Assembly (NCBI GenBank): GCA_963791945.1
Contig: CAWBUD010000002.1
Span: forward strand, 882,743-946,742
DNA length: 64,000 nucleotides
Origin: an uncultured beta proteobacterium
GTDB lineage: Bacteria > Pseudomonadota > Gammaproteobacteria > Burkholderiales > Casimicrobiaceae
Direction of reading: 5' to 3'
The notes under the pieces are model-generated. The model searched no databases, was not told the DNA's origin, and saw nothing but the letters and a program-made list of their open reading frames with translations. Shown one piece after another: positions 49,015-57,851 of the stretch. Position 1 is the first letter of the stretch; every line of letters begins with the position of its first letter. Position numbers and translations under genes: made by a program.

Positions 49015-50007
49015 ATGCATCCGATCTCGACGAGGCTGAGTCGATGCTTTCATGCGGGCATTGCCGCTGTGCTTGTAGCCACGTCGGGCGGCGCGTTGCC
49101 GCAACCTTATCCCGCCAAGCCGATCTGGCTGATCGTGCCTTTCGCGCCGGGCAGCACGGCCGATATTGTGTCGCGCTATACCGCGCAGGAACTTTCCAAG
49201 GCGCTCGGCCAGCCGGTCGTCGTTGAAAACAAGCCAGGGGCGGGCGGCACCATCGGGACGGCAGAGCTCGCACGTGCTGCGCCCGACGGCTACGCGATAG
49301 GCTTTGCGTCGCAAAGTACGCTCGTGTTCAACCAAGGCATCTACGCGACGCCGGGTTACGACTCTGTAAAGGACTTCGCGCCGATCGCGCTGCTCGGGCG
49401 CGTGTCGAACGTGATGGTCGTGCATCCGAGCAGCGCGGCGTCCACGCCGGCCGACATCATTGCGGTTGCAAAGTCCAAGCCAGGCACGGTGACATTCTCG
49501 TCGGGTGGTAGCGGTACCAGCCATCACTTGTCCGGTGTCTTATTTGCTCGCGCCACCGGTACCGATCTCGTACACGTGCCGTACAACAGCGCGCCACAGG
49601 GCGTCCTGGCGGTAATGAAGAATGAAGTGATGATGGGCTTTTTCAACATGCCGACGGTGATCGGTCCGATCAAGGACGGGAGGCTCAAGGCACTCGGCGT
49701 GACAAGCCTTACGCGGTCGTCGCTGTTGCCGGACGTGCCGACACTCGACGAGCAGGGTATCAAGGGGTACGAGGTCGACGCGTGGGCCGGCTTCGTAGCG
49801 CCGGCTGGAACTCCGCTTGAGATACTCGACCGACTCAACGCAGAGCTGATCAAGATATTCGCGAGTGCGGACGCACAGAAAAGGCTTGGATCCCAAGGAT
49901 TCGATCTGTCGCCGCCCCTAACGTCAGCTGCGTTCAGCCAGCTTATCGCCGATGATCTGATGCGTTGGGTGCCGATCGTAAAGGCGTCCGGCGCGAAAGC
50001 GTATTGA
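49015..50007 (+). CDS. Bug-family (TctC-like) tripartite tricarboxylate transporter substrate-binding protein; orphan, no tctAB adjacent
   Basis: YPAKPIWLIVPFAPGSTADIVSRYTAQELSKALGQPVVVENKPGAGGTIG... Confidence 0.88.
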   Translation: MHPISTRLSRCFHAGIAAVLVATSGGALPQPYPAKPIWLIVPFAPGSTADIVSRYTAQELSKALGQPVVVENKPGAGGTIGTAELARAAPDGYAIGFASQSTLVFNQGIYATPGYDSVKDFAPIALLGRVSNVMVVHPSSAASTPADIIAVAKSKPGTVTFSSGGSGTSHHLSGVLFARATGTDLVHVPYNSAPQGVLAVMKNEVMMGFFNMPTVIGPIKDGRLKALGVTSLTRSSLLPDVPTLDEQGIKGYEVDAWAGFVAPAGTPLEILDRLNAELIKIFASADAQKRLGSQGFDLSPPLTSAAFSQLIADDLMRWVPIVKASGAKAY

Positions 50008-50320
50008 ACGTAGATACGGCATGGGAGCAGTATAGCGCGGCGCCCCCATCAACCTGCCGGCACAAAGCATGTCCTTGGTGTTCAGTTAAGGCGGGCTTTC
50101 GTGAAGCCTTTTCGGCCGAAATGAATGTCCGCAGTCGCGGCATTGCCGCCGTTGGCAGCGCGAAGCTCAACGGCAGCAAGGGGTCGAAAGCACCGCTGAG
50201 CGACTGCTTTCGGGGTCGCGGGTCAATGTCCGCAGTTGGCCTATTCTGTTGAAAAACCCCCTTGAAAATGAGCGCCTTGTGGCTATGCTTGAAGCCAAGG
50301 TGATCGAGGGAGAGGCAAGG

Positions 50321-50937
50321 ATGATGGGACAACGGCCTGGCGGACAGAAGCAGCTGTTCTACTCCTTCAATCTCGACGATCACGTTCCGTCCGATCATTT
50401 GTTACGCGGAATTGATCAGTTTCTTGATCTAGGTGAATTGCACCAGCACCTCGCCCCGTTTTACAGCCATACCGGCCGTCCCTCGATTGATCCCCAGCTG
50501 CTGATTCGCATGCTGATCGTGGGTTACTGCTTCGGCATCCGGTCGGAGCGGCGGCTATGCGAGGAGGTGCACCTGAACCTGGCGTATCGCTGGTTCTGCC
50601 GGCTGGGATTGGAAGACCAAGTGCCGGACCACTCGACGTTCTCGAAGAACCGGCATGGTCGTTTCCGTGACAGCGACACACTGCGTTTCGTGTTCGAGCA
50701 GGTCCTGGAGCGCTGTGTGCGGGAGGGGCTGGTGGGTGGTGAAGGGTTTGCCATCGATGCCAGCCTAGTTAAGGCCGACGCCAACCGTCAACGCGGCGTG
50801 CCCGGTGCTGAGGCCGACTGGTCTGACGGGCAATCGATCAGCCGCCCGGTGCGTGAATATCTGGCGGCTCTGGATCAGGCAGAGGTGGAGACGAGCACGC
50901 CTAAGAATATCTCGCTGACCGATCCGGCGGCACGGTG
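50321..50937 (+). pseudogene. IS1182/IS5-like transposase, N-terminal fragment (DDE domain missing)
   Basis: MMGQRPGGQKQLFYSFNLDDHVPSDHLLRGIDQFLDL...SIDPQLLIRMLIVGYCFGIRSERRLCEEVHLNLAYRWFCRL...TDPAARW, after which the homology stops. Confidence 0.7.
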
Positions 50938-50945
50938 GTGGGAGG

Positions 50946-51953
50946 TTGCTCATGCTCCTCACATCGATTCGCCTCGGGTTCTTGCTTACGACCCTCGTCG
51001 CTTCGCTTCACGTCGTCGCGGCACCGCGATTCTGGACTCTCGCCGATGTGCGGTTCAGTGATGGAACGGTCGCCGCCGGGTATTTAAGCTACGACGATAC
51101 GATGCAGACGATCTCGAACTGGAATATACGCGTCGACTCGGGCTTTTTTTTCCCGGCCTTCTCCTACGTTCCCGGCAACTCCATGGTGAACGTCGTCCAA
51201 CCTTCTGGCGGAGCGCCAAAGCTAGACTTCTCCGCCACAATGGGCGTGCCCGGACCGTATTTCGGAGTGCGGCAACTGCAGATCACTCCGGTTGTAGCGC
51301 TCGACGGCAGTAACGCTACGGTATCGCTCGATACCTCGGCATCAAGAGAAGATTTCCCTTCCTTGCAACCGCCGCGTGGCCGCTCGATCACCGCCGGCTC
51401 GCTGACGCTGACGTCGGTGCCACCGCCGGTCGTCATCGTTCAAGTTGACGAGTTCTACAACCCGGTGTTGCGGCACTATTTCATCACAGCCGACGACGCG
51501 GAAAAACAGTTCCTCGACGCCGGCGCCCATCCCGGTTGGGAGCGCACCGGGGAGTCATTCAAAGCGTACGCCCGAGGGAGCAGTACCGGTGGTTCCATCA
51601 ACCCCGTGTGCCGCTACTACAGCCCCCCCATTATCGAAGTTGACGTTGGATATGTTAATGGCGCCGATTCCCACTTCTTCTCGGCCGACGCAGGTGAGTG
51701 CCTGAGCGTGTTTATGAAATGGGAGGTGTTCTGGCTTTTGGAAAGCGACAACGCGTTCCAGATCAACGTGCCCGACAAGGAGACGGGCGCCTGCCCCGTC
51801 GGAACGATTCCGGTGTACCGTCTGTGGAACCAGCGGACGGATTCCAATCATCGCTACACGACAAGTGCAGCGACCAAGGCGAAAATGATCGCTGCGGGCT
51901 ATGCCGCGGAAGGCTACGGTGCGGACGGTGTCGTAATGTGCGCGGTGCAGTAG
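50946..51953 (+). CDS. Secreted protein: signal peptide, a unique N-terminal domain and the 4-Cys C-terminal module
   Basis: MLMLLTSIRLGFLLTTLVASLHVVAA. The C-terminus VDEFYNPVLRHYFITADDAEKQFLDAGAHPGWERTGESF...VCRYY...SHFF...ECL...ACPVGTIPVYRLWNQRTDSNHRYTT...MCAVQ. Confidence 0.7.
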   Translation: MLMLLTSIRLGFLLTTLVASLHVVAAPRFWTLADVRFSDGTVAAGYLSYDDTMQTISNWNIRVDSGFFFPAFSYVPGNSMVNVVQPSGGAPKLDFSATMGVPGPYFGVRQLQITPVVALDGSNATVSLDTSASREDFPSLQPPRGRSITAGSLTLTSVPPPVVIVQVDEFYNPVLRHYFITADDAEKQFLDAGAHPGWERTGESFKAYARGSSTGGSINPVCRYYSPPIIEVDVGYVNGADSHFFSADAGECLSVFMKWEVFWLLESDNAFQINVPDKETGACPVGTIPVYRLWNQRTDSNHRYTTSAATKAKMIAAGYAAEGYGADGVVMCAVQ

Positions 51954-52255
51954 CCGGAGCTCGGCGGACGGCACGAAAACCGCGCGGTCCTTACTTTGTA
52001 CGGAGTTCAAGCTGGTTATCAACTCCGAGGCCGCGAGGGCGCTCGGCACTGGACAACGCAATGACTGCTGCTACGCGCGCGTGATGCGATTCAGCAACGG
52101 TGTCGAACGGCTACTCTTGGCCGAACTGAGACGGAGCCACTCAACGAGAGCGGACGTTCCGGCTTGTGTCCGCTTCGGAGCGCGGCATCAGGCTGGTGTC
52201 GACCCGAAGCGGACGTAGGCGCAGTTGCGACCCCTGGGCACTCTTACTCTAGGGC

Positions 52256-53035
52256 CTATTGGGAAGGTACATTTGCGTACCACACCTGTGTAATGGCATC
52301 GCTAAAACCTATCTCGATCAGCTTGGCGAAGGCACGATTGTCCTCAAGCCATCGCGTTAATGTGCTGGAATGTATCGGCTCGGAAAAAAACACGTCTTGC
52401 CGTATGTGGCCGGACATCAGCTGTCGATCGCCATCTACGCCAATGAATCGATATTGCAATGCAACGGCCGAACGCATTTCGCAATCCTTCCCGGCATAGT
52501 CGAAGTCGAAGTTGATGCTCAGCTGCTCCAGCTCCAAGAGTGTTCCGACGTTTAGGGCCTTGGCTTGATGTAAAGCTGCCTCATGGGACGGTTCGGCGCC
52601 ACTGTCAGCGTCGTGTACTGCTATGACTTTGAGATCTGCGTAAGAACTGAGATGGCCCAGAAAGTCCTCGAGGACTGTTTTCTTCGAAACATCCTGATTA
52701 ACGATTTTGACGATTTCACCGGACAGGTCGGGGTTAGCCTCGTAATATGACGTTACGCAGGCGGCTCTGTCGGCCTCCGCCCCTACAGCTCCGGGAACGT
52801 GGAACACTGCGTCAGGTCGCCCTGCGAATAGTCCCAGAAAGCTAACCACTGCGCCCAAAGCTGCCGTCGCCCCAACGCGCGCCGCGCCGCTGTCGGGCGT
52901 CGCAACCGTCACTGCTGGACCGGTGCCCACGAGAGCCGCTCCGAAGGGCCGACTGCGGTCGAAATTCACCGGTCCCTTGGTCGCGCAAGCGCAGAGAAGG
53001 ATGACCGCTGCGGCGCCGCAGCAGCTGGTCCGCAT
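52256..53035 (-). CDS. Hypothetical lipoprotein (visibly lower GC than its surroundings)
   Basis: MRTSCCGAAAVILLCACATKG has a lipobox-like LCAC. No recognisable domain. Confidence 0.45.
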   Translation of the reverse strand: MRTSCCGAAAVILLCACATKGPVNFDRSRPFGAALVGTGPAVTVATPDSGAARVGATAALGAVVSFLGLFAGRPDAVFHVPGAVGAEADRAACVTSYYEANPDLSGEIVKIVNQDVSKKTVLEDFLGHLSSYADLKVIAVHDADSGAEPSHEAALHQAKALNVGTLLELEQLSINFDFDYAGKDCEMRSAVALQYRFIGVDGDRQLMSGHIRQDVFFSEPIHSSTLTRWLEDNRAFAKLIEIGFSDAITQVWYANVPSQ

Positions 53036-53360
53036 GACCGAAGAAGCAGATCTGGCCGGACCGAGGGCAACGACGACAAGTGGCTCGCGCACGGCAACTC
53101 CCCTTTGGCGTTATTGGGGCGACGGTTCCCTCGCCGGGGAGCCGGCCGGGAATCGTATTCCCGCAAACGCCCGACGCCAAGTACGCCGCTATGCCGTCGG
53201 TCAGTGCGAGCCGGGGACGCTCAGAGATTCGCGCAACGACGGCTGCTAACGAGCCACAAGCGGACGTCAACCATCCGCTCGTGCAGGCAGCTCGGTCCGG
53301 TTGTCGTTCAGGCCGCTAGACGGAATCCGTGCTTCACGCCTCGTATCGTCGACGCCAATC

Positions 53361-53549
53361 CTAGGAAGTGTTGCCATGCTCGTGCCACCTGCGAAATTCT
53401 TGAAGCAGGAATTCTTCGTCTGCCGGGGAGACGTCAAAGCGCTCGCAGGCCTGTTCGATAAGTAGCGGTGTCCAACCGTCCTGTTCAGCCAGCCATGCGA
53501 GGGCGCGGCGAAGCGCCTCTCCTTTGGGTACGATGGGCGGAATGGGCAT
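53361..53549 (-). CDS. Small hypothetical protein (62 aa)
   Basis: The ORF lies 19 nt downstream of the VOC gene on the same strand. No motif recognised. Confidence 0.3.
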   Translation of the reverse strand: MPIPPIVPKGEALRRALAWLAEQDGWTPLLIEQACERFDVSPADEEFLLQEFRRWHEHGNTS

Positions 53550-53567
53550 GACACGGCGCCGGTGAAA

Positions 53568-53963
53568 TCAGTCTAGCCATTTCCGTAATTCGATGGGGTT
53601 ACCGTCGGGATCGCGGATCTCTGCACGCGAGTAAGTCGGACGTTTGACTGGCCCCCATGTAGCTTCAACGCCCTTTGACTTGAGAAAATCCAGTGCATGG
53701 TCCATATCCTCCACCTCCAGAGCTATCATTCGATAGCCGAGATGCTCGTTGGATTGCGCTGGTACGGGCTGGACCTCCGGGTAAGTCATCAACTCGACAG
53801 TGGTCCCGCCAAGGTCTAGGTAGACGAGATCGAGCGGACCCGAGGGCGTAGAAGGGATCCGGTCACGCCGCCGCAGTGCAAAGCCGAGAACATCGGTATA
53901 GAACCGCACCATACGGTTGGGGTTCGCGGTGACTAGTTCGACATGGTCGATGCGCTTAAACAT
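53568..53963 (-). CDS. VOC (glyoxalase/bleomycin-resistance/dioxygenase) family protein
   Basis: MFKRIDHVELVTANPNRMVRFYTDVLGF...HLGYRMIALEVEDMDHALDFLKSKGV...EIRDPDGNPIEL. Confidence 0.8.
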   Translation of the reverse strand: MFKRIDHVELVTANPNRMVRFYTDVLGFALRRRDRIPSTPSGPLDLVYLDLGGTTVELMTYPEVQPVPAQSNEHLGYRMIALEVEDMDHALDFLKSKGVEATWGPVKRPTYSRAEIRDPDGNPIELRKWLD

Positions 53964-54072
53964 TTCAAGAACCTCCCCAGCCTGTGAATCTATAGTTTCT
54001 TCCGTTCACGGCTTGTTTGTAAGGCTTTAGGCTCGAAAAACCGCTTCCGCCCGACACGACGATAACGATCCC

Positions 54073-54636
54073 ATGTCACTGCTCTCCACACGACTGACTC
54101 GTAAGCTGAATCTTCCGCATCCGATCGTCTCGGCGCCGATGGCCTTCGCTGGCTGCGGCAGTGAGCCGCGCGGGTGGTCTCGGCCTGATTGGCGGGGGGT
54201 ATGGCGACGCGGCCTGGCTCGAGGAACAGTTCAACGCTGCCGGTGACGCCCGGGTCGGCGTCGGTTTCATCACCTGGTCGCTACGCAAGTCGCCCTCGCT
54301 ACTTATGGATGTGCTGAAGCACCGGCCAACGGCGGTGATGCTGGCTTTATCGCTCGCCAGATTCCCTGGCCAAGCGGCTTCACCGCGCGAATCCGGCGCA
54401 ACGCCTTTACGAACTGTTGGCACGGGCGGGAAGATGAACTCGAGCGGAACGTTGCGACTGAGGGTCCGCGCTATCGTCAGGCGTTCGCGGAGGTGGATCC
54501 CGAAACCACGGGCGTGTGGTTTGGAGAGGCGGCAGGACTCATCGATGAAATCGAACCGGCGGGAGAGATTGTCGAGAAAATGACGAGCGGGGCTGCGCGC
54601 TGGCTCGAAGAACACGGAGGTGCAACACTCGTTTAG
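54073..54636 (+). pseudogene. Nitronate monooxygenase (NMO) pseudogene: frameshifts plus an internal deletion
   Basis: Three frames carry consecutive pieces: MSLLSTRLTRKLNLPHPIVSAPMAFAG / AGGLGLIGGGYGDAAWLEEQFNAAGDARVGVGFITWSL...RPTAVML / ...GVWFGEAAGLIDEIEPAGEIVEKMTSGAARWLEEHG*. The total is far shorter than a normal NMO. Confidence 0.65.
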
Positions 54637-55055
54637 CCGCGCCGAATCGTCCTTGGTAGTGGGCGGCTTGGTGACTTAGCGAGCGGTCGCCCAGTGGGTC
54701 CGCTTCCTACGCAGAAGAACTTCTGCTCCGGGTCGCTCTGCGACCGTCGCTGACCGGCCAGGAGCGGACCTTCGAGCACCGCGGCAAAACTTGCGGGAAG
54801 CCGACTTTGTAACTACTGAATCACCTCACTCGCGCGCAACAGAAGGTCGCGAGGAATCGTCAGCCCAAGCACCTTGGCGGTCTTGAGATTAATTACGAGG
54901 TAATACCTAGTGGGTTGTTCGACCGGCAGCTCGCCAGGCTTGGCCCCCTAGGAATCTTATCGACGTAGACCGCCGTCCGACGGAACATGTCGTCCTGACT
55001 TGGCCCGTACGACATCAGTCCGCCTCCGCGAACGGAATGCCGCCTGTCCGGAAAT

Positions 55056-55070
55056 GAAACAAACGAAACA
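55056..55070 (+). promoter_or_regulatory. GAAACAAACGAAACA element upstream of ECF sigma gene 1 (candidate ECF-dependent promoter or operator)
   Basis: One of three same-strand copies (also at 59138..59152 and 61142..61156), each 110-230 nt upstream of a plus-strand gene. Confidence 0.3.
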
Positions 55071-55207
55071 AGAACCGCATCCCGACGAAATTCTGCCGCA
55101 GCACATTCGCGATAGCTTGTTACCGCATCCGAAAGCGAGCGATATGGACTGACTGGGCGCGCTGGTCGTTGAGCGCGATTTGTTCACCGCAGTAACGTTT
55201 CTCGATA

Positions 55208-55747
55208 ATGCTTAGCGCCGCAACCAACGTGGCTGACGCGCTGCCGAGCGCTGAGCTTCATGCAGCGCTTCCGCGGTTGCGTCGCTATGCCCGCGTTCTT
55301 ACTCGTGATGTGCACCGCGCTGACGACCTGGTGCAAGACACACTCGCGCGAGCTTGGGAAAAGCGGCAGTTATGGCGTGCCGGTAGCGACTTGCGTGCTT
55401 GGTTGTTCACGATCATGCACAACATGCATCTGAATCAGTTCGCGACCCGGCAGCGCGATAATGCGTTAGTGTCGCTTGATGATGACGAGGCAGCGAGCGG
55501 TGGCGGAATCTCCATTCGCGCCACACAATTCGACCACGTCGCTACAGCCGAGGTGTTGGCGCAGATCACTGCTCTGCCCATCGGCCAGCGGGAGGTGCTC
55601 GTGCTGGCGGCAATCGAAGGACTAAGCTACGAAGAGATAGCGCGGGTGTTGGGTATACCCGTGGGGACCGTGATGTCGCGACTTTCTCGAGCACGGGAGA
55701 AGCTACGCCGCAGTGCCGTGACGGGAGATGCTGCGGGTGCTCGCTGA
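55208..55747 (+). CDS. ECF-type RNA polymerase sigma factor (no cognate anti-sigma directly downstream)
   Basis: Region 2 DDLVQDTLARAWEK...WLFTIMHN; region 4 QREVLVLAAIEGLSYEEIARVLGIPVGTVMSRLSRAREKLR. Confidence 0.9.
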   Translation: MLSAATNVADALPSAELHAALPRLRRYARVLTRDVHRADDLVQDTLARAWEKRQLWRAGSDLRAWLFTIMHNMHLNQFATRQRDNALVSLDDDEAASGGGISIRATQFDHVATAEVLAQITALPIGQREVLVLAAIEGLSYEEIARVLGIPVGTVMSRLSRAREKLRRSAVTGDAAGAR

Positions 55748-56146
55748 CATGGCGCTCCGCGATATATCTTTCAGGATCGCCATATGACCGGAGTGGGCAG
55801 GGACTTGCTGGCTGAAGGCGACGGTGCGCAGTCCAGCTGCGGTTGTGGCGGTTTAGCAATAAGTCCGCCACACGCGCTCTCACCGATACGCGCTAAGTCG
55901 GATCTCCCTCAACCGAGAGGAGATCGCGATGGAAGCCAAGCATGTTGCTCAACGGCTCAAACCGTGGAACGAGGGCATCTCGTTGGCAACGTCATTGAGC
56001 TGGCGGCGGCCGATCAACCAGTACCATCGACTCCAGCGCATGGGCGTGACGCCGGCGGGCAGCGTCCGGCCAAAGCGAGGCCGCCCCAGGCCACGAAAGA
56101 ATGGGCCGGTCCTACGGTTCGAGACCCGGGCCGGCTGTCCCGCACT

Positions 56147-56713
56147 ATGCTCGATACCGTCGTGCTGCAGCGGCTTCTGTCGCGCGTTGCGCTTGGCGAC
56201 CGCAAGGCGTTTCGCGCTTTGTACGACGCGACCTCACCGTCTTTATTCGGCGTCGCCATTCGTATGTTGAACCGGCGCGACCGTGCGGAAGAGGTGATCC
56301 AAGATGCCTTCGTGAACGTCTGGCAGCGCGCAGCTAGCTATTCGGTTGCGGCGAGCCAGCCTATGACCTGGCTCACCGCGATCGTACGCAACCGGGCGCT
56401 CGATGTGCTGCGCAGCGAAAGTGCTCGTCCGGCCGAGCCGCTGCATGACGTAGAGGACGGGGAGGTCCATGAGCCGGCCGATGAACGACCCGACCCGCTC
56501 GGTCTGCTGGAGCGAGCGGTGGACGAAGTCCGCATCCGTGACTGCCTTGGCGATATCCAAGGGCCGCAGCGGCAGTGCCTCGCGCTCGCGTACTACCATG
56601 GCCTCTCGCATTCCGAAGTGGCGGCGCGGCTCGCTGCCCCGATCGGAAGCGTGAAGGTCTGGATCCGACGCGGACTCGATCGCCTGAAGCGCTGCCTCGA
56701 TCGATCGCAATGA
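56147..56713 (+). CDS. ECF-type RNA polymerase sigma factor, coupled to an RskA-like anti-sigma
   Basis: Start at MLDTVVLQRLL (56147). AEEVIQDAFVNVWQRA...WLTAIVRNRALD; QRQCLALAYYHGLSHSEVAARLAAPIGSVKVWIRRGLDRLK. ATGA overlap with the next gene. Confidence 0.85.
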   Translation: MLDTVVLQRLLSRVALGDRKAFRALYDATSPSLFGVAIRMLNRRDRAEEVIQDAFVNVWQRAASYSVAASQPMTWLTAIVRNRALDVLRSESARPAEPLHDVEDGEVHEPADERPDPLGLLERAVDEVRIRDCLGDIQGPQRQCLALAYYHGLSHSEVAARLAAPIGSVKVWIRRGLDRLKRCLDRSQ

Positions 56714-57426
56714 ACTACGACGATCCGCAGCTGCTCGACCGCCTTGCCGCCGAATATGTCTTAGGCTCGCTGTCGTCGCGCGCGTGTCGGCGTCTCGAGC
56801 GTCTGCGCCAGCGCCTGCCCGCAGCCGGAAGGGCGGTGCTGGATTGGGAAAGGCGCCTCATGCCGCTGTCCGGTTCGGTGCCGCCCGAGCAACCCCCTGC
56901 GCGCGTGTGGCACGCGATCGACGAGCGGACCGGCGGCGGCGCGCGTCGAGCGTCCGCCGGCTCGTGGAGGTGGCTGCGCCCCGCGATAGGCTTTGCGCTT
57001 GGTGCTCTGGCGACGCTCGGCGTCGTCAGACTGTTCCCGGATGCGATGCCTGTCGAGGCGATCGTACAGGAGCGCGGCACGTTGCCACAGAGCTATGTCG
57101 GGGTTCTGACGGATGCACAGAACAACGCGGTGCTGCTCGCCAGTTCGACGCGCTACGGACGCATCCTCTCGCTCAAGCGGCTGCCACCCCTGGAGGTAGC
57201 GTCCGGGCGCTTGGCCGTGTTGTGGGCGCTGCCTCGCAACGGTGCGCCCTTCGTGGTGGGCGTCGTGCCTAATGCGGAAAAGGCGACGCTCACGCTCGCG
57301 GACACATCCGAGAAGCTGTTCTTCAACGTGCCGCGACTGGCGGTGTCGTTCGAGGCCAGTATGCCTGCACCTGGCGCGACGCCGTCGCCATTCGTTCTGA
57401 CGGGACACTGCGCCAAGCTCTGGTAG
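56710..57426 (+). CDS. Anti-sigma factor, RskA (anti-sigma-K) family
   Basis: LLDRLAAEYVLGSLSSRACRRLERLRQRLPAAGRAVLDWERRL...PPARVWHAI; a central TM segment WRWLRPAIGFALGALATLGVV; C-terminal ...LAVLWALPRNGAPFVVGVV. Confidence 0.75.
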   Translation: MNYDDPQLLDRLAAEYVLGSLSSRACRRLERLRQRLPAAGRAVLDWERRLMPLSGSVPPEQPPARVWHAIDERTGGGARRASAGSWRWLRPAIGFALGALATLGVVRLFPDAMPVEAIVQERGTLPQSYVGVLTDAQNNAVLLASSTRYGRILSLKRLPPLEVASGRLAVLWALPRNGAPFVVGVVPNAEKATLTLADTSEKLFFNVPRLAVSFEASMPAPGATPSPFVLTGHCAKLW

Positions 57427-57523
57427 CTCCGTTTCCCGGCGGCCCACCGTCTCCGTTTGCCGCCTGCGGCCGTATGAACAGCACGGCAACACCTCTCAGC
57501 GTCAAAACGGCGGAGTAATAATG

Positions 57524-57826
57524 TCAGACCGGACGCGACAACACCAACTCATAGTGCTCAATGGTGGGAAATGGATCATAGAAATGATGGAGCAAGCGTT
57601 TCCAATCCTGATACTCGGGAGAGCCACGAAACCCGATCGTATGTGCCTCGAGCGATTCCCAGTTCACCAAGAGAATGTAGCGATTGGACACCTCGGTGCA
57701 GCGCTGCAATTGATGCCTAATGTAGCCGGACATCGCAGAAATAATTGCCGACGCCTGCTCGAATGCTGTCTCAAACTGTCCTTCCGCGCCGATGCGCACG
57801 TTCAGGATTGCGACCTCCAGAATCAC
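57524..57826 (-). CDS. Antibiotic-biosynthesis-monooxygenase (ABM) domain protein
   Basis: 100 aa; MILEVAILNVRIGAEGQFETAFEQA...ILLVNWESLEAHTIGFRGSPEYQDW. Lower GC than its neighbours. Confidence 0.7.
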   Translation of the reverse strand: MILEVAILNVRIGAEGQFETAFEQASAIISAMSGYIRHQLQRCTEVSNRYILLVNWESLEAHTIGFRGSPEYQDWKRLLHHFYDPFPTIEHYELVLSRPV

Positions 57827-57851
57827 CGATGCCTCCTTTCGCTACCGATAG

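Noticed and set aside
55784-56146. 121-aa N-terminal extension of ECF sigma 2, or an anti-sigma for sigma 1
   Set aside because: No sigma or anti-sigma (zf-HC2/RskA) features and an Arg/Pro/Gly-rich composition. Sigma region 2 starts shortly after the ATG at 56147.
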